Positions 1 to 9,211 are shown, counted from the stretch's first letter. The stretch: DNA of 32,000 nt from Nostoc sp. PCC 7120 = FACHB-418 (GCF_000009705.1 NC_003276.1:270001-302000), one strand, 5' to 3'. Notes: a model not told the origin generated them from the sequence alone. Numbers and translations are program-made.

Positions 1-177
1 CAAGGAATTGTCACTTTGGGGTTGCGGCAAGCTCGCTACATTGGTTTAGTTAAAGTTCGACTCCAGCACTTGCTGAGCGCCGTAGCTCTCAATGTGGTAC
101 GTATGGTCTCTTGGCTACATGGTCGAACTCATGCAAAAACCAGGATTTCTCGATTTGCTGCTTTAGCTCCAGCTTGA
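1..177 (+). CDS. DDE transposase, C-terminal end only (gene runs off the left edge); IS5/IS1182-like
   Basis: Frame 1 is open from base 1 to TGA at 175-177. It reads QGIVTLGLRQARYIGLVKVRLQHLLSAVALNVVRMVSWLHGRTHAKTRISRFAALAPA, which matches the conserved C-terminal block (R-A-R-Y-x-G-L-x-K-x-x-L-Q...A-x-N-x-x-R) of IS5/IS1182-type transposases. It is absent from the ORF track because there is no start in the window. Confidence 0.6.
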   Translation, partial: QGIVTLGLRQARYIGLVKVRLQHLLSAVALNVVRMVSWLHGRTHAKTRISRFAALAPA

Positions 178-302
178 AACAAGAGCTTTCAATCTAGATT
201 ACCAAGAATATCTATTAAGCTCATCCTTTTCCATGTAATACAACCATAAGGTTCTGCTGCATAATGAGCTAAAATTGCGGTGTAATACATGGGGCATCAG
301 TT

Positions 303-767
303 ATGAAACGGGATATCCAGGGGAAGTTTGCGTTGAAAAACGAAGACTACCGTTTAGTTCGCTCACTCAGACTAACTGATTCCACTTGGGTTACTTTGGG
401 CATTACATCTGAATGCTTAGGTCTTACTAGGGCTGACTATTTAGAACAGATCATTCGTGAAAATGCTCTACCAAACACGGGGTGTCCAAGTAATACACGG
501 CAAAACATGGAGTCTCTACCGAGTAATACACGGTATGAGGAAGAAATAGAATTACTCAAACTAGAAATACAAAATCTCACTCAAAAGAATGTTGCATTGA
601 TGGAGCGAACAGCAATTACTTTCTCCCAAGTAGAACTTGAGCTTTTACGCGATCGCATTTTGCTTGACTTGAAATTAGGCAAGCAAGCCCCTGGATACAA
701 AGCTGTTCAAAAAGCTCTCAATCGTTTTATTGCTGAATTGACTGACCCAAACAGGAGCGTTTTTTGA
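303..767 (+). CDS. hypothetical protein (154 aa) with predicted coiled-coil centre
   Basis: ATG-initiated ORF from the track. The heptad-like stretch EEEIELLKLEIQNLTQKNVALMERT is present. I recognise no family. Its 3' end overlaps the convergent ORF 675-1133. Confidence 0.45.
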   Translation: MKRDIQGKFALKNEDYRLVRSLRLTDSTWVTLGITSECLGLTRADYLEQIIRENALPNTGCPSNTRQNMESLPSNTRYEEEIELLKLEIQNLTQKNVALMERTAITFSQVELELLRDRILLDLKLGKQAPGYKAVQKALNRFIAELTDPNRSVF

Positions 768-1133
768 CTTCGCCAACAGCATCTGAAATTGTAGGAAAAG
801 TTGAATACGTTCGTAGCCACTAGCATAACAAAGGTATTGAGGTTCTCCTGTTTGGGAATCGATAATATCAATGCCACCAGAACAAGTCTCAGAATTAACA
901 TTGATAGTTCCACTACCAGATTGAAAGCTAGCTCCACCAGAAAAGCTTAAAAGTTTAAAGAAATCATTGTCAGGGTCAAAATTAGAAAAAACTTCGCCAG
1001 TACGAGTATCCAAGCGAAAACTGCCAGCATCTGTATTAAATTGTAATAAGGCAGCGTAAGATGGTGCTATAGCGGCAATGCTGACAAACGCTGCACCTAT
1101 GGAAGGCATTGTTAAATTGAGCAATTTGAGCAT
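675..1133 (-). CDS. hypothetical secreted protein
   Basis: I trimmed the track ORF 675-1190 to the internal Met. That start gives a signal-peptide-like N-terminus, MLKLLNLTMPSIGAAFVSIAAIAPSYAA. The mature part is Gly/Ser/Asp-rich. The true C-terminus is uncertain because of the 93-nt convergent overlap with 303-767. Confidence 0.4.
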   Translation of the reverse strand: MLKLLNLTMPSIGAAFVSIAAIAPSYAALLQFNTDAGSFRLDTRTGEVFSNFDPDNDFFKLLSFSGGASFQSGSGTINVNSETCSGGIDIIDSQTGEPQYLCYASGYERIQLFLQFQMLLAKSKNAPVWVSQFSNKTIESFLNSFVSRGLLA

Positions 1134-1224
1134 ATGACGAATGACGGTATAACTATATGCACAGATGAAGATAAGACGAAAGTTGTGCAATCTGCTATCT
1201 AGCTGAAGTAGGAATTAGGTCAAA

Positions 1225-1632
1225 TTGCTCCCATGCGATCGCTCTTGGTGTAATAGCGACCCCTACCGAGTAGGTGAAATCTGCACACTTCAACCCAAGG
1301 ATAACCCCGACTTGCGGGGCAAAAGTGGTTACTGGGGTGTGGTTACTCATGTTGGTGAATATAGTTGCACAATCAAATGGTGGGACGGCGACTATACAGC
1401 AAAAGTAGAACACCTGAAATTATTGGAATTACTGGAGGAGGATTGCCGATTTTTGCAGCAGCTATGCGAAAGGCTGCGGCGGCTGCATGAGGTAGCCGGA
1501 CGGGATGAGGCGGTTGATTGGTTATTACAGGGATTGGGGAAACAGGCTAAACCGTATTTGTCGGCATTGCAAGCAAAACTGTTAGCGGCGGTGGAACGGG
1601 AGTATGGGATTGACCCCAAGTTCAAGAAGTAA
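1225..1632 (+). CDS. hypothetical protein, N-terminal SH3/KOW-like segment plus helical C-terminus
   Basis: Track ORF with a TTG start; there is no in-frame ATG near the 5' end. Composition looks coding (LQQLCERLRRLHEVAGRDEAVDWLLQGLG). No family assignment. Confidence 0.45.
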   Translation: MLPCDRSWCNSDPYRVGEICTLQPKDNPDLRGKSGYWGVVTHVGEYSCTIKWWDGDYTAKVEHLKLLELLEEDCRFLQQLCERLRRLHEVAGRDEAVDWLLQGLGKQAKPYLSALQAKLLAAVEREYGIDPKFKK

Positions 1633-1765
1633 ATTGACAAGTTTTATGAAACAGGTTGATATTCACTCTAAGTTAATAGAACAACTTGAGAAAGTAGCGC
1701 ATTAGTTTCCGCGCAATATATGGGTTCTAATATAACTAAGGATAGGAAATTTAATTCAAGGTGTT

Positions 1766-2173
1766 TTGAAAATGGAAGTTCCCTCAGTTGCGAACACAGC
1801 AAGAATTATTGATTATTGGTTAGGAGGTTCTCATCACTTTCCTGTGGATGAAGAAGCAGCCAAAGTATTTGAGCAAGTATACCCCAAAAGTCCAGAAGTA
1901 TTCCAAGAACTTAGAGCATATATCGGAAAAGTATCGCGTTATATTGAATCTCAAGGAATCAACCAGTTTGTGGTTTTTGGTGCGGGGCTACCAACTTGTG
2001 GCAATGTTCATGAAGCAGCATCACAGTCAAAAGTAGTATATACAGATATAGATCAAGCTAATATTGAAATAGGACGTACCTTGCTAGAGAATAATCCTCA
2101 AGCTGATTATACATTTTGTGAGTGTCAAAAAGCAGATTTTAGCTCAAGATATAGTTCTAATGTACTATATTGA
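1766..2173 (+). pseudogene. N-terminal fragment of a SAM-dependent methyltransferase (Methyltransf_19 / DUF574-like)
   Basis: ANTARIIDYWLGGSHHFPVDEEAA...FVVFGAGLPT...VVYTDID matches the N-terminal half of the roughly 270-aa family (xARxYDYxLGGxxxF ... GxGxPT ... VYVDxD). The ORF stops after 135 aa with an unrelated tail, just upstream of another gene fragment. Confidence 0.55.
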
Positions 2174-2249
2174 GGAAACAATTTTCGGATATAAAGACGA
2201 GTTACAAAGTTTTTTGCTGGTAAAGTTAGCTGTCTCAATATTGGATGTC

Positions 2250-2609
2250 ATGAACTACCAGACCAAGAAGATTATCCATGTTGATATGGACGCTTTCTAC
2301 GCATCAGTAGAGCAACGAGACAATCCACAGTACCGGGGCAAGCCATTGGTAGTAGGAGGAAGCCCCAACCAAAGAGGAGTGGTAGCCGCCGCCAGTTATG
2401 AAGCGAGGAAATTCGGTATCCACTCAGCCATGCCATCAATAACAGCGATCGCTCTTTGCCCCCGATTAATATTTGTCAGACCGAGATTTGATGTCTACCG
2501 AGAAGTGTCTGCCCAAATCCACGAAATATTCAAACGCTACACTGACGTAGTAGAAGGGGTAGCCTTGGATGAGGCATATCTTGACGTTACCGAAAACAAG
2601 GTCAAGTGA
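2250..2609 (+). pseudogene. dinB: DNA polymerase IV (DinB/Y-family) N-terminal fragment, about 119 of about 350 aa
   Basis: From the ATG at 2250 the frame reads [37 protein letters not shown]...[21 protein letters not shown]...[12 protein letters not shown]. This is the canonical DinB palm start ([12 protein letters not shown], SYEARxxG, DEAYLDVT). The frame ends at 2607-2609 and no continuation exists downstream in any frame. Confidence 0.8.
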
Positions 2610-2835
2610 TTCAATTGCCATTGTTTGAATATGTGGCAAGTGTCCAGAGCGGGTGTATGTGATTGGTTTCTGGTTTATCTTAATTCCACAGGAGCAAAGC
2701 TGCCCTAGTAAAAATCCAGAACAGCTTTTGATTGTTAATGCTAAACTAGCTCGTATTTTTAATTTTAAAAAATCCGAATGCGACAGCTAAACATGACTCT
2801 GGGTAAAAAAAATAGCTAGGTAAAGAACAGGATTG

Positions 2836-4335
2836 CTAAGACCCAGTTGAAGCAAAATCTTGATGAATAAATCCAGCAGCACTACGAGATGCTTCCAAAA
2901 TAGTGAGTAAACCACTGCCGGGATGAACAGCGCCACCAATCCAGTACAGTCCGGCAATATTTTCCGAACGGATGGGTGGACGAAAGGGCCCAAGCTGAGT
3001 CAAATTGTGGCTGAGATTAAACACAGCACCCAAATGAACGCGATAATCATCAAGCCAAGATTGTGCTGTGTAACAACTTTGGGTAACAATGTGCTGTTCA
3101 ATATTGTGATATCCCAGCAAATGTAAACGTTTAAGAATAAAATCTGTATAGCTTTTTTGTTTAATATCCCAGTCAACAGCATAAGAAGTGTTGGGAATTG
3201 GTACTAAAACAAATAAAGTGCTGTGGCCGGCAGGTGCATTACTGGGGTCGATAATTGTAGGATTACAGACATAAAATGGTGGATCAGTTTCATCTAGTGC
3301 TGAATCATCAACCCAAGGACGTTCAAGTCGGCGAATATTGTCTGATAAATAGATTTGATGATGAGGTAAATCTTCGTAGCGGCGATTGATACCCAAATAA
3401 AGCATGAAGGTAGAGCATGAGAATTGCATTTGCCCAAGCTTGTTATCAGTGTAACGACCGCGTGCTGAAGTTGGTAACAGATGACGAACAGCATAGGCAA
3501 AGTCAGCATTAATCACTACTGTATCAAACTGATGGCGAGAAGCATCAGCCAGTTCCAAACCACGAACTTGCCCTTGTTCAATCCAGATTTGGTGAACAGG
3601 CGAATGCAGATGAATTTTCACTCCTAAGTCTTGAGCGGCATTAGCCAAGCCCTGAGCTAATGCACGAAATCCACCGACTGGATGCCATACTCCTTGGGAA
3701 AATTCTAAGAATGGAATCAGGCTAAAGACACTTGATGCCACAGTTGGGTGCATTCCCAAATATTTTGACGGATAGCTCAGAGCATAGACTAAACGCTCAT
3801 CTTGAAAAAATCGCCAAAAGTGTTGATATAAATTTTCCCAAGGACGAAAAGACAAAAACTTCATCAGTTCATCTGGGCGCAAGTAACCAAAAATAGAGCG
3901 TGCAGGGCCGGCTAAATAGGGTTTGTAACCTAACTCATATTTACGGATATGCTCACTATACCAGCGATCAAATGCTAATGGTAAATCGGAGCGTAAGGTT
4001 GCCAGTTGGGTTTTAAATGACTGTAGATCCGAAGTGATATCCAGTTGAGTACCATCCCAAAATTTCAAACGTGTATATGGTTCTAAACGTTTGAGTTGAA
4101 CATAGTCGGCAAAATTTAAACCAGCCTCCTCAAAAAGCTCTTTATATAAGTGTGGTAGTTGGAGAATAGTGGGGCCAGTATCAAAGGCGTAGGAATCAAC
4201 TTCAAAACCGCGCATTCTTCCACCAACACGTTCAGCCGCCTCAAAGATTTCTACTTGATACCCAAGTCCAGCAAGACGGATAGCTGTAGCTAAACCGCCA
4301 GGGCCTGCGCCGACAATCGCAACTTTTTTAGACAT
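2836..4335 (-). CDS. phytoene desaturase family FAD-dependent oxidoreductase (CrtI/CrtN/CrtD-like carotenoid desaturase)
   Basis: 499-aa ORF with ATG at 4335 and GGAG 9 nt upstream. The N-terminal Rossmann motif is KKVAIVGAGPGGLATAIRLAGLGYQVEIFEAAERVGGR, followed by FDTGPT and the C-terminal GLYWIGGAVHPGSG typical of CrtI-family enzymes. The exact carotenoid substrate cannot be told from sequence alone. Confidence 0.85.
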   Translation of the reverse strand: MSKKVAIVGAGPGGLATAIRLAGLGYQVEIFEAAERVGGRMRGFEVDSYAFDTGPTILQLPHLYKELFEEAGLNFADYVQLKRLEPYTRLKFWDGTQLDITSDLQSFKTQLATLRSDLPLAFDRWYSEHIRKYELGYKPYLAGPARSIFGYLRPDELMKFLSFRPWENLYQHFWRFFQDERLVYALSYPSKYLGMHPTVASSVFSLIPFLEFSQGVWHPVGGFRALAQGLANAAQDLGVKIHLHSPVHQIWIEQGQVRGLELADASRHQFDTVVINADFAYAVRHLLPTSARGRYTDNKLGQMQFSCSTFMLYLGINRRYEDLPHHQIYLSDNIRRLERPWVDDSALDETDPPFYVCNPTIIDPSNAPAGHSTLFVLVPIPNTSYAVDWDIKQKSYTDFILKRLHLLGYHNIEQHIVTQSCYTAQSWLDDYRVHLGAVFNLSHNLTQLGPFRPPIRSENIAGLYWIGGAVHPGSGLLTILEASRSAAGFIHQDFASTGS

Positions 4336-4624
4336 AGATGAACTCCTCGTTTACTTAGGCAGCCTATATTTTTTAAACACTTGCTGAAGACAATCAAGGA
4401 AATTTGTTTAGTTTGGGTGATAAATTTGCGTCATAAATTCTCATCTTTTCATTTTTCGGTTGATTTTCACCAAGAAAAATTTTGCTCTTTTAATTCGCAA
4501 AAGACTAAATTGTAGAGCGATCGCTCATTCGTCACAGCAGATTTAGTACAATCTGTCAGTAGACCCCACTGACCAGTAGGAACAGCAATTGAACCCTAGT
4601 TCACCCATTCCCCCAAGCCGAACC

Positions 4625-4874
4625 TTGAAAATAACCATCCTCACAATCGGTTCGAGAGAGGACGTACAACTTGCTAATGAGGTTGGGGGTAAGTCCAGCG
4701 CTAATACCGTATAAGAACGTGACAGAGGAAACTTTACCCCCAGCAATTAAGGTAGTGTTGAGTGATGAAGTGATGCGGTTGAAAGCCCAGGACTTAGGCG
4801 AGAAGAGTCGGAACGAGGATGATGTGGCAAATGCCGTGGCAGCGTTTCATCGGTATTTGGGGCCGATTGGTTGA
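4625..4874 (+). pseudogene. remnant of a GT1 (MGT/sterol-type) glycosyltransferase: first ~15 codons fused to last ~65 codons
   Basis: From TTG at 4625 the frame reads LKITILTIGSREDVQ, the family N-terminus MKITILTxGSRGDVQP. Around 4670 the reading shifts frame into RLGVSPALIPYKNVTEETLPPAIKVVLSDEVMRLKAQDLGEKSRNEDDVANAVAAFHRYL, which is the family C-terminus. The whole middle of a roughly 420-aa enzyme is missing. Confidence 0.55.
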
Positions 4875-4899
4875 GTTGGTATCACGAAGGGAGTAAATT

Positions 4900-5139
4900 T
4901 TACATTTTTTGCAATTGAGGAATATCTTCTTTTAAAAGAGGGCAAACGACTAGGGGTTTGAGATCGTCTCCATGAATAATCGCCTTTTCTCCAGAGATAA
5001 ACATAACCCCGTAGTTACTTTCCCCACCGAAAAATTCTGCCAGTGGAATATCGTGACGATCTTCAACAATTAATACAGAATGCTGTTTGTATCTACCGTG
5101 ATTAACTTCTGCAATCGTACCTTCTTTGATCAAACCCAT
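4900..5139 (-). CDS. hypothetical protein (79 aa)
   Basis: ATG ORF from the track with GAGGAG about 10 nt upstream. No recognisable family. Confidence 0.4.
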   Translation of the reverse strand: MGLIKEGTIAEVNHGRYKQHSVLIVEDRHDIPLAEFFGGESNYGVMFISGEKAIIHGDDLKPLVVCPLLKEDIPQLQKM

Positions 5140-5380
5140 GAATTTATTCTCCTCAAAAATAATTTAGAAGAAAGCTAGATACTTGCAGGTGTAATTTTGA
5201 GGCTTGGTACTGATAGTAGCTATGATAGCAAATACAACAGGGATATTTACTTAAGATTTCGATGTTGTGTTATGAAAACAGTTCAAGCACAAGCCAAAGT
5301 TAAGTTTGATGATTAGATGCAGAAAACTTACATTTGTAATCAATTCATAAGTTGAGATAACGCTACCCTGAAACAAACCC

Positions 5381-5572
5381 ATGTCCCAAATTAAGGTTGA
5401 TACAGTCCTTTGTATCAACGGCACTGTTCTAATCGTCTATTACACCCCCGGACAATGCTGGCAGTTCCGCATTATCAGCCGTACAGGGGGTATATTTGGC
5501 GAACAGAAGATTTACTACAGTGCGGCGGCGGCGTTAAAAACTGGGTTGGAGTGGGTGAGGGATGAATTATAG
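5381..5572 (+). CDS. hypothetical small protein (63 aa)
   Basis: ATG ORF from the track with coding-like composition. No family. Confidence 0.45.
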   Translation: MSQIKVDTVLCINGTVLIVYYTPGQCWQFRIISRTGGIFGEQKIYYSAAAALKTGLEWVRDEL

Positions 5573-5615
5573 GGAATGCGGTTAGAATTGTGGCTCGTTG
5601 TATGATTAGTAAGCA

Positions 5616-5747
5616 ATGAGGAACCCAGGAAGAACCGGAACTATTTTGGGAGCGATCGCCGCAGGAATAGGATTAATCGTAGTTGTGATAACTATGGGAC
5701 TGATAATTTTCCAGGTCAGGAATTTAAAGCTTATCAGGAAGAACTAA
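5616..5747 (+). CDS. possible 43-aa single-pass membrane peptide
   Basis: My own translation gives MRNPGRTGTILGAIAAGIGLIVVVITMGLIIFQVRNLKLIRKN: one clear hydrophobic helix flanked by basic residues. It is too short for the ORF track. It lies 10 nt upstream of the next ORF. Confidence 0.3.
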   Translation: MRNPGRTGTILGAIAAGIGLIVVVITMGLIIFQVRNLKLIRKN

Positions 5748-5756
5748 ACTGATGTT

Positions 5757-6110
5757 ATGAAAATCCCAGAGTGCGATCGCTGCCTCCTTTACTCTCACAA
5801 TCCCCACATCATCTGTGCCGTACATCCAGATGGGGTAGACGGTGATAGCTGCCTCGACTTCAGAGAAGACCCCAACGCCCAAGTAGAGAAACTATGGCAA
5901 CTAGAAGGGGCAACCTACTATAACGGCGAACTGATTTTACAGCCCCGCCAGAGATGGACACTAGAGGAACAATTAGAGTTACTTGATTGGCATCCTTTAT
6001 TTACTGGTAAGTGTCCCCAATGTGGTGCTGAGTATGAGCGTGACTATATCTCAAGGGTGCATTGGGATTGCCCAAACTCAGAATGCGGCTGGATGGATGA
6101 TAGTGTTTGA
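5757..6110 (+). CDS. hypothetical Cys-rich (putative zinc-binding) protein
   Basis: 117-aa ATG ORF with CxxC-type pairs (CDRC, CPQCG, CPNSECG). Confidence 0.55.
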   Translation: MKIPECDRCLLYSHNPHIICAVHPDGVDGDSCLDFREDPNAQVEKLWQLEGATYYNGELILQPRQRWTLEEQLELLDWHPLFTGKCPQCGAEYERDYISRVHWDCPNSECGWMDDSV

Positions 6111-6120
6111 CGATTTCTAG

Positions 6121-6321
6121 CTACTGTTGTGCCTTGGGGGTTTGGGTTGGCGAATGTGTAATTTCTCCCTCAGCGTAACCTAAATCATACATACTCGCCG
6201 CTTGAGCATTTTGTTCTGGTGGCACTTTGGGTTTTCCCGCCCAGGCATCAGATTTTCCTAAGCTAAACCAATCTTCATCAGCCATCACAGAACCGATTCT
6301 GTTGTTTGTTGTTTTATTCAT
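6121..6321 (-). CDS. hypothetical small protein (66 aa)
   Basis: ATG ORF from the track. No family recognised. Confidence 0.4.
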   Translation of the reverse strand: MNKTTNNRIGSVMADEDWFSLGKSDAWAGKPKVPPEQNAQAASMYDLGYAEGEITHSPTQTPKAQQ

Positions 6322-6434
6322 CGATGCAGTTGTGAGTGGTTAAGGTTTGGCTGCGGCTATAATTTATGATGTTTGCACTACGGTTTGACCAAAACCTGTA
6401 TCTAGAGGAAGAACAAGCATATTTACTGTGAATA

Positions 6435-7346
6435 CTAATTTCTCACATTCTCCTGAACTAATAAAACTGATTTTACTTTTCGTTTAATGGGATTTCCTTG
6501 TAAATCAAATTTTCCATAAAAGGCTTTGCCATTGTAATACAGCGAAGAAGAACTACCTCCGTCTAAGTTCATTGCTGCGGATGCACCCAACTTTTTCATC
6601 AAATCTGCTAATTGCACTAGAGATATGCCAGAATTTTTGGGTTTTGAAGGTTTTTGAGCAACCATTACTAAAATAATGCTGCCCTCACTGGTAATACCTA
6701 CAGCAGTTCTAGCGTTAAGCTGTTTACTCAAGAGTGCATCGCGTCCTTTGGCATTATCTACAAAACCTTCTGGTACTGATGTCAGTTTTGGTAATAAGCG
6801 TGGGCCAGCACCTATAGCATCAACTAAGCGACAATTTGCTGGTGGTGATTCATTGTGCAAAGTAATATCATAACGGGTAGTTTGCCCACATAAATAGCGA
6901 CGAAATTCACTGCGATTAAAAATGAGATTGAGGTAAGGCTTTAATTGCGGATTGTTTACTAGGCGCTCATTATCTTTAGGGTCAGCAACCATCTGACCAG
7001 TCACCACTACATAGGATGTTGATTTTTGATTGGCTGGGTCAAAAAAGCCTGCGTTGAAGATAGCAAAAGCTCGATGCTTCTGGGCAAATTCCTCTACAGT
7101 GCTTACCTTCGCTGATAATGCTCCAGTTACTACAAATGGGCTATTGGCTGGAATCAATAAAATGTGAGCCATACCTTGGGGCAAGCTACGCTCTATGTAG
7201 CGGATGGTTTTTGGTGGTGAAGGAGTAACTGTTGGTATAGCAGAGGATATTGACGGTAGAGAAGAACGCACACCTAAGCAAGACAGTAACCCTAAACTAA
7301 TTAGTACCAAAACCAACACCCTAATTTTTCTCACTTTTACCCCCAA
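6435..7346 (-). CDS. phosphodiester glycosidase family protein (DUF2233), secreted/lipoprotein-like
   Basis: Contains NAGFFDP and NLDGGSSSSL, the hallmark motifs of the family. The N-terminus is hydrophobic (RVLVLVLISLGLLSCLG). The track start is TTG at 7346; a GTG at 7334 is an alternative. Confidence 0.75.
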   Translation of the reverse strand: MGVKVRKIRVLVLVLISLGLLSCLGVRSSLPSISSAIPTVTPSPPKTIRYIERSLPQGMAHILLIPANSPFVVTGALSAKVSTVEEFAQKHRAFAIFNAGFFDPANQKSTSYVVVTGQMVADPKDNERLVNNPQLKPYLNLIFNRSEFRRYLCGQTTRYDITLHNESPPANCRLVDAIGAGPRLLPKLTSVPEGFVDNAKGRDALLSKQLNARTAVGITSEGSIILVMVAQKPSKPKNSGISLVQLADLMKKLGASAAMNLDGGSSSSLYYNGKAFYGKFDLQGNPIKRKVKSVLLVQENVRN

Positions 7347-7567
7347 ACGTATCTAGCATACTATTCACAAATGCTAGTTTAAGCTTCCTCTCTCACTTCC
7401 CTGTCATGTAAGATAATCACCTAAATGATTACTAAATGTTAATGTAATGTTTACAGTATTTTTACCTCTGCTTACATAACTAAATTTATTTTGTAATCGC
7501 TAAGTTTTACTGAATTTCTGTAATTCCAACAGAAACAATTGTAATTAGTTTAAACAAACAGTCACAA

Positions 7568-8434
7568 ATGAATAAGTCTAACTTTCTCAGGAATATTCTA
7601 CCTATTGCTGCTGGTACAGCAATATTTTTCACTTTTAATTATCTCCAAAAGCCCCTAAATGCCCAAATTACAAATGTTCATTTGACGATGGGAAATCCTA
7701 CTAATGCTAACACTAGCTTTAGTAATTTCTTACTAAGTAAGGTTCAGTACGCAACCTCTCATAACTGTTTCCGAGGAACACCAAATTGGGTGAGTTGGCA
7801 GTTAAACCAATCATGGCTCGGAAGTGCGCCTCGTCAAGATGATTTTCGTGCAGATACTACCTTACCTTCTGGCTGCTATCGAGTCACATCTTCTGATTAC
7901 ACTGGTAGTGGATTTGATAGAGGACACATGGCTCCTTCGGCTGATAGAACAAATACTATCGCCAATAATTCTGCTACATTCTTAATGACAAATATCATTC
8001 CTCAAGCCCCAGATAATAATCAAGGTATATGGGCGAATCTAGAAAATTATTCTAGAAATTTAGTCACCGGACAGAATCGGGAACTCTACATCATTTCAGG
8101 TGCCTATGGCACTGGTGGTACAGGGTCGAATCAGAACAACACTACTACAATTGCTGGTGGTAAAGTTACTGTTCCAGCCCGAACCTATAAGGTGATTGTG
8201 GTTTTAGATAGACCAGGTTTGGGAGTGAGTGGTGTCACTACTAATACAAGGGTAATTGCAGTTGATATACCCAATACGCAAGGTGTGAGAAACGCGGATT
8301 GGAGAAATTATCGAATTAGCGTTGACACTCTAGAAGCAAGACTTAGGAATGCAACAGGAACTACCTATGATTTTCTTTCTAATGTTCCTACCTCTATTCA
8401 AAGTGTAATTGAGGCTAGAGTTGACAATTTATAA
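7568..8434 (+). CDS. nucA: sugar-non-specific DNA/RNA endonuclease, NucA type, secreted
   Basis: Active-site block GFDRGHMAPSADR, followed downstream by NIIPQ, of the Serratia/Anabaena beta-beta-alpha-metal nuclease family. N-terminal signal sequence is present. It sits next to a NuiA homologue, as in Anabaena. Confidence 0.9.
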   Translation: MNKSNFLRNILPIAAGTAIFFTFNYLQKPLNAQITNVHLTMGNPTNANTSFSNFLLSKVQYATSHNCFRGTPNWVSWQLNQSWLGSAPRQDDFRADTTLPSGCYRVTSSDYTGSGFDRGHMAPSADRTNTIANNSATFLMTNIIPQAPDNNQGIWANLENYSRNLVTGQNRELYIISGAYGTGGTGSNQNNTTTIAGGKVTVPARTYKVIVVLDRPGLGVSGVTTNTRVIAVDIPNTQGVRNADWRNYRISVDTLEARLRNATGTTYDFLSNVPTSIQSVIEARVDNL

Positions 8435-8460
8435 GGATAGTTAGCTTACCTAAAACTCAA

Positions 8461-8487
8461 AGCCTGTCTATAATTTACAGACAGGCT
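8461..8487. terminator. hairpin between convergent nucA and nuiA (probable bidirectional terminator)
   Basis: AGCCTGTCT (8461-8469) and AGACAGGCT (8479-8487) form perfect 9-bp arms around a 9-nt loop. On the minus strand the hairpin is followed by a T-rich run (TTGAGTTTTA). Confidence 0.5.
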
Positions 8488-8513
8488 AATCAATTAGCTA
8501 AAACCGACAGAAG

Positions 8514-8543
8514 CCCCACGACTCACCCGAAGGTCAGTGTGGG
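8514..8543 (-). terminator. imperfect hairpin immediately 3' of nuiA
   Basis: In CCCCACGACTCACCCGAAGGTCAGTGTGGG, CCCAC pairs with GTGGG and ACC with GGT around a CGAA loop, with bulges. It lies 5 nt past the nuiA stop. Judged by eye only. Confidence 0.3.
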
Positions 8544-8547
8544 TAGT

Positions 8548-8949
8548 TCACGTTTCTATAACTTTAGTAAAAATTCCGGCTAAATCACCAGATGGAGTTT
8601 TACCAACAATATAGACATCTATATCTATCGTACCTAAACGATAAACTTTGATATCTGTAAGATTATCCTTGAGCTTTGTAACAAGCGTTTGAAATTTCTG
8701 CACATCTTGTTTTTGTATGTCATCGTGCCATTCTTTTTCTACAGCACAGTTACGAAACAAATAATCGAGGTCTACGGTTTCAACTGATGTTTCTGGGGGA
8801 TGTCCTGTTAATTCAAGCAGTTTTTGATTGGTCAACGGTTCTTGTGCTTGATTAGACCACAAAAACACTTCAAAGGGATATTCTGACTCACTCATCATTA
8901 ACAAACCATCAGAGGCTTGTTTAAGTTTTTCCGTAATTTCATTAGTCAT
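8548..8949 (-). CDS. nuiA: nuclease A inhibitor NuiA
   Basis: The 133-aa protein contains LKQASDGLLMMSESEYPFEVFLW ... VYRLG ... DVYIVGKTPSGDLAGIFTKVIET. This matches my recollection of Anabaena NuiA almost block for block. Confidence 0.85.
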   Translation of the reverse strand: MTNEITEKLKQASDGLLMMSESEYPFEVFLWSNQAQEPLTNQKLLELTGHPPETSVETVDLDYLFRNCAVEKEWHDDIQKQDVQKFQTLVTKLKDNLTDIKVYRLGTIDIDVYIVGKTPSGDLAGIFTKVIET

Positions 8950-9211
8950 AGAATTTATATAGAAAAAATTACAACATCATGGCAACAAGTTACTTAAGTT
9001 GTAACACTAGCCCAATGACTTAAGCGATGGCTGCACCCCACTGTAGGTCATCGCCAGATCCGGCACCGGGACAATTATCCCCAGGCTTTCTAGCAATCAA
9101 TAACCGCTTTGGTTAATCATGTCCCAAAGCGTTTGTACCTTTTTCTTCCTTCTGCCTAGCTTGACGGCAACGCTTCCGTGAACTGCCCACTGCAAAGCTG
9201 CCTTTCTTCTA

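Noticed and set aside
50-70. GTTCGACTCC, a tRNA T-arm-like string
   Set aside because: It lies inside the open transposase frame, and I could not draw a cloverleaf (acceptor or anticodon stems) around it.
1848-2036. 62-aa plus-strand ORF
   Set aside because: It is an alternative frame inside the methyltransferase fragment, Lys-rich, with no support.
2787-3509. Small ORFs 2787-2993, 2923-3126, 3000-3182 and 3294-3509
   Set aside because: All lie within or antisense to the CrtI-family gene, whose frame is supported end to end by family motifs.
4543-4746. 67-aa minus-strand ORF
   Set aside because: It is antisense to the glycosyltransferase remnant, and the plus-strand frames carry the recognisable GT1 termini.
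8950-9211. Possible structured RNA or gene relic (hairpin GCGATG...CATCGC near 9024-9055, palindrome ACTTAAGT near 8992)
   Set aside because: These are short isolated stems with no conserved motif I recognise and no ORF. The evidence is insufficient to call a feature.
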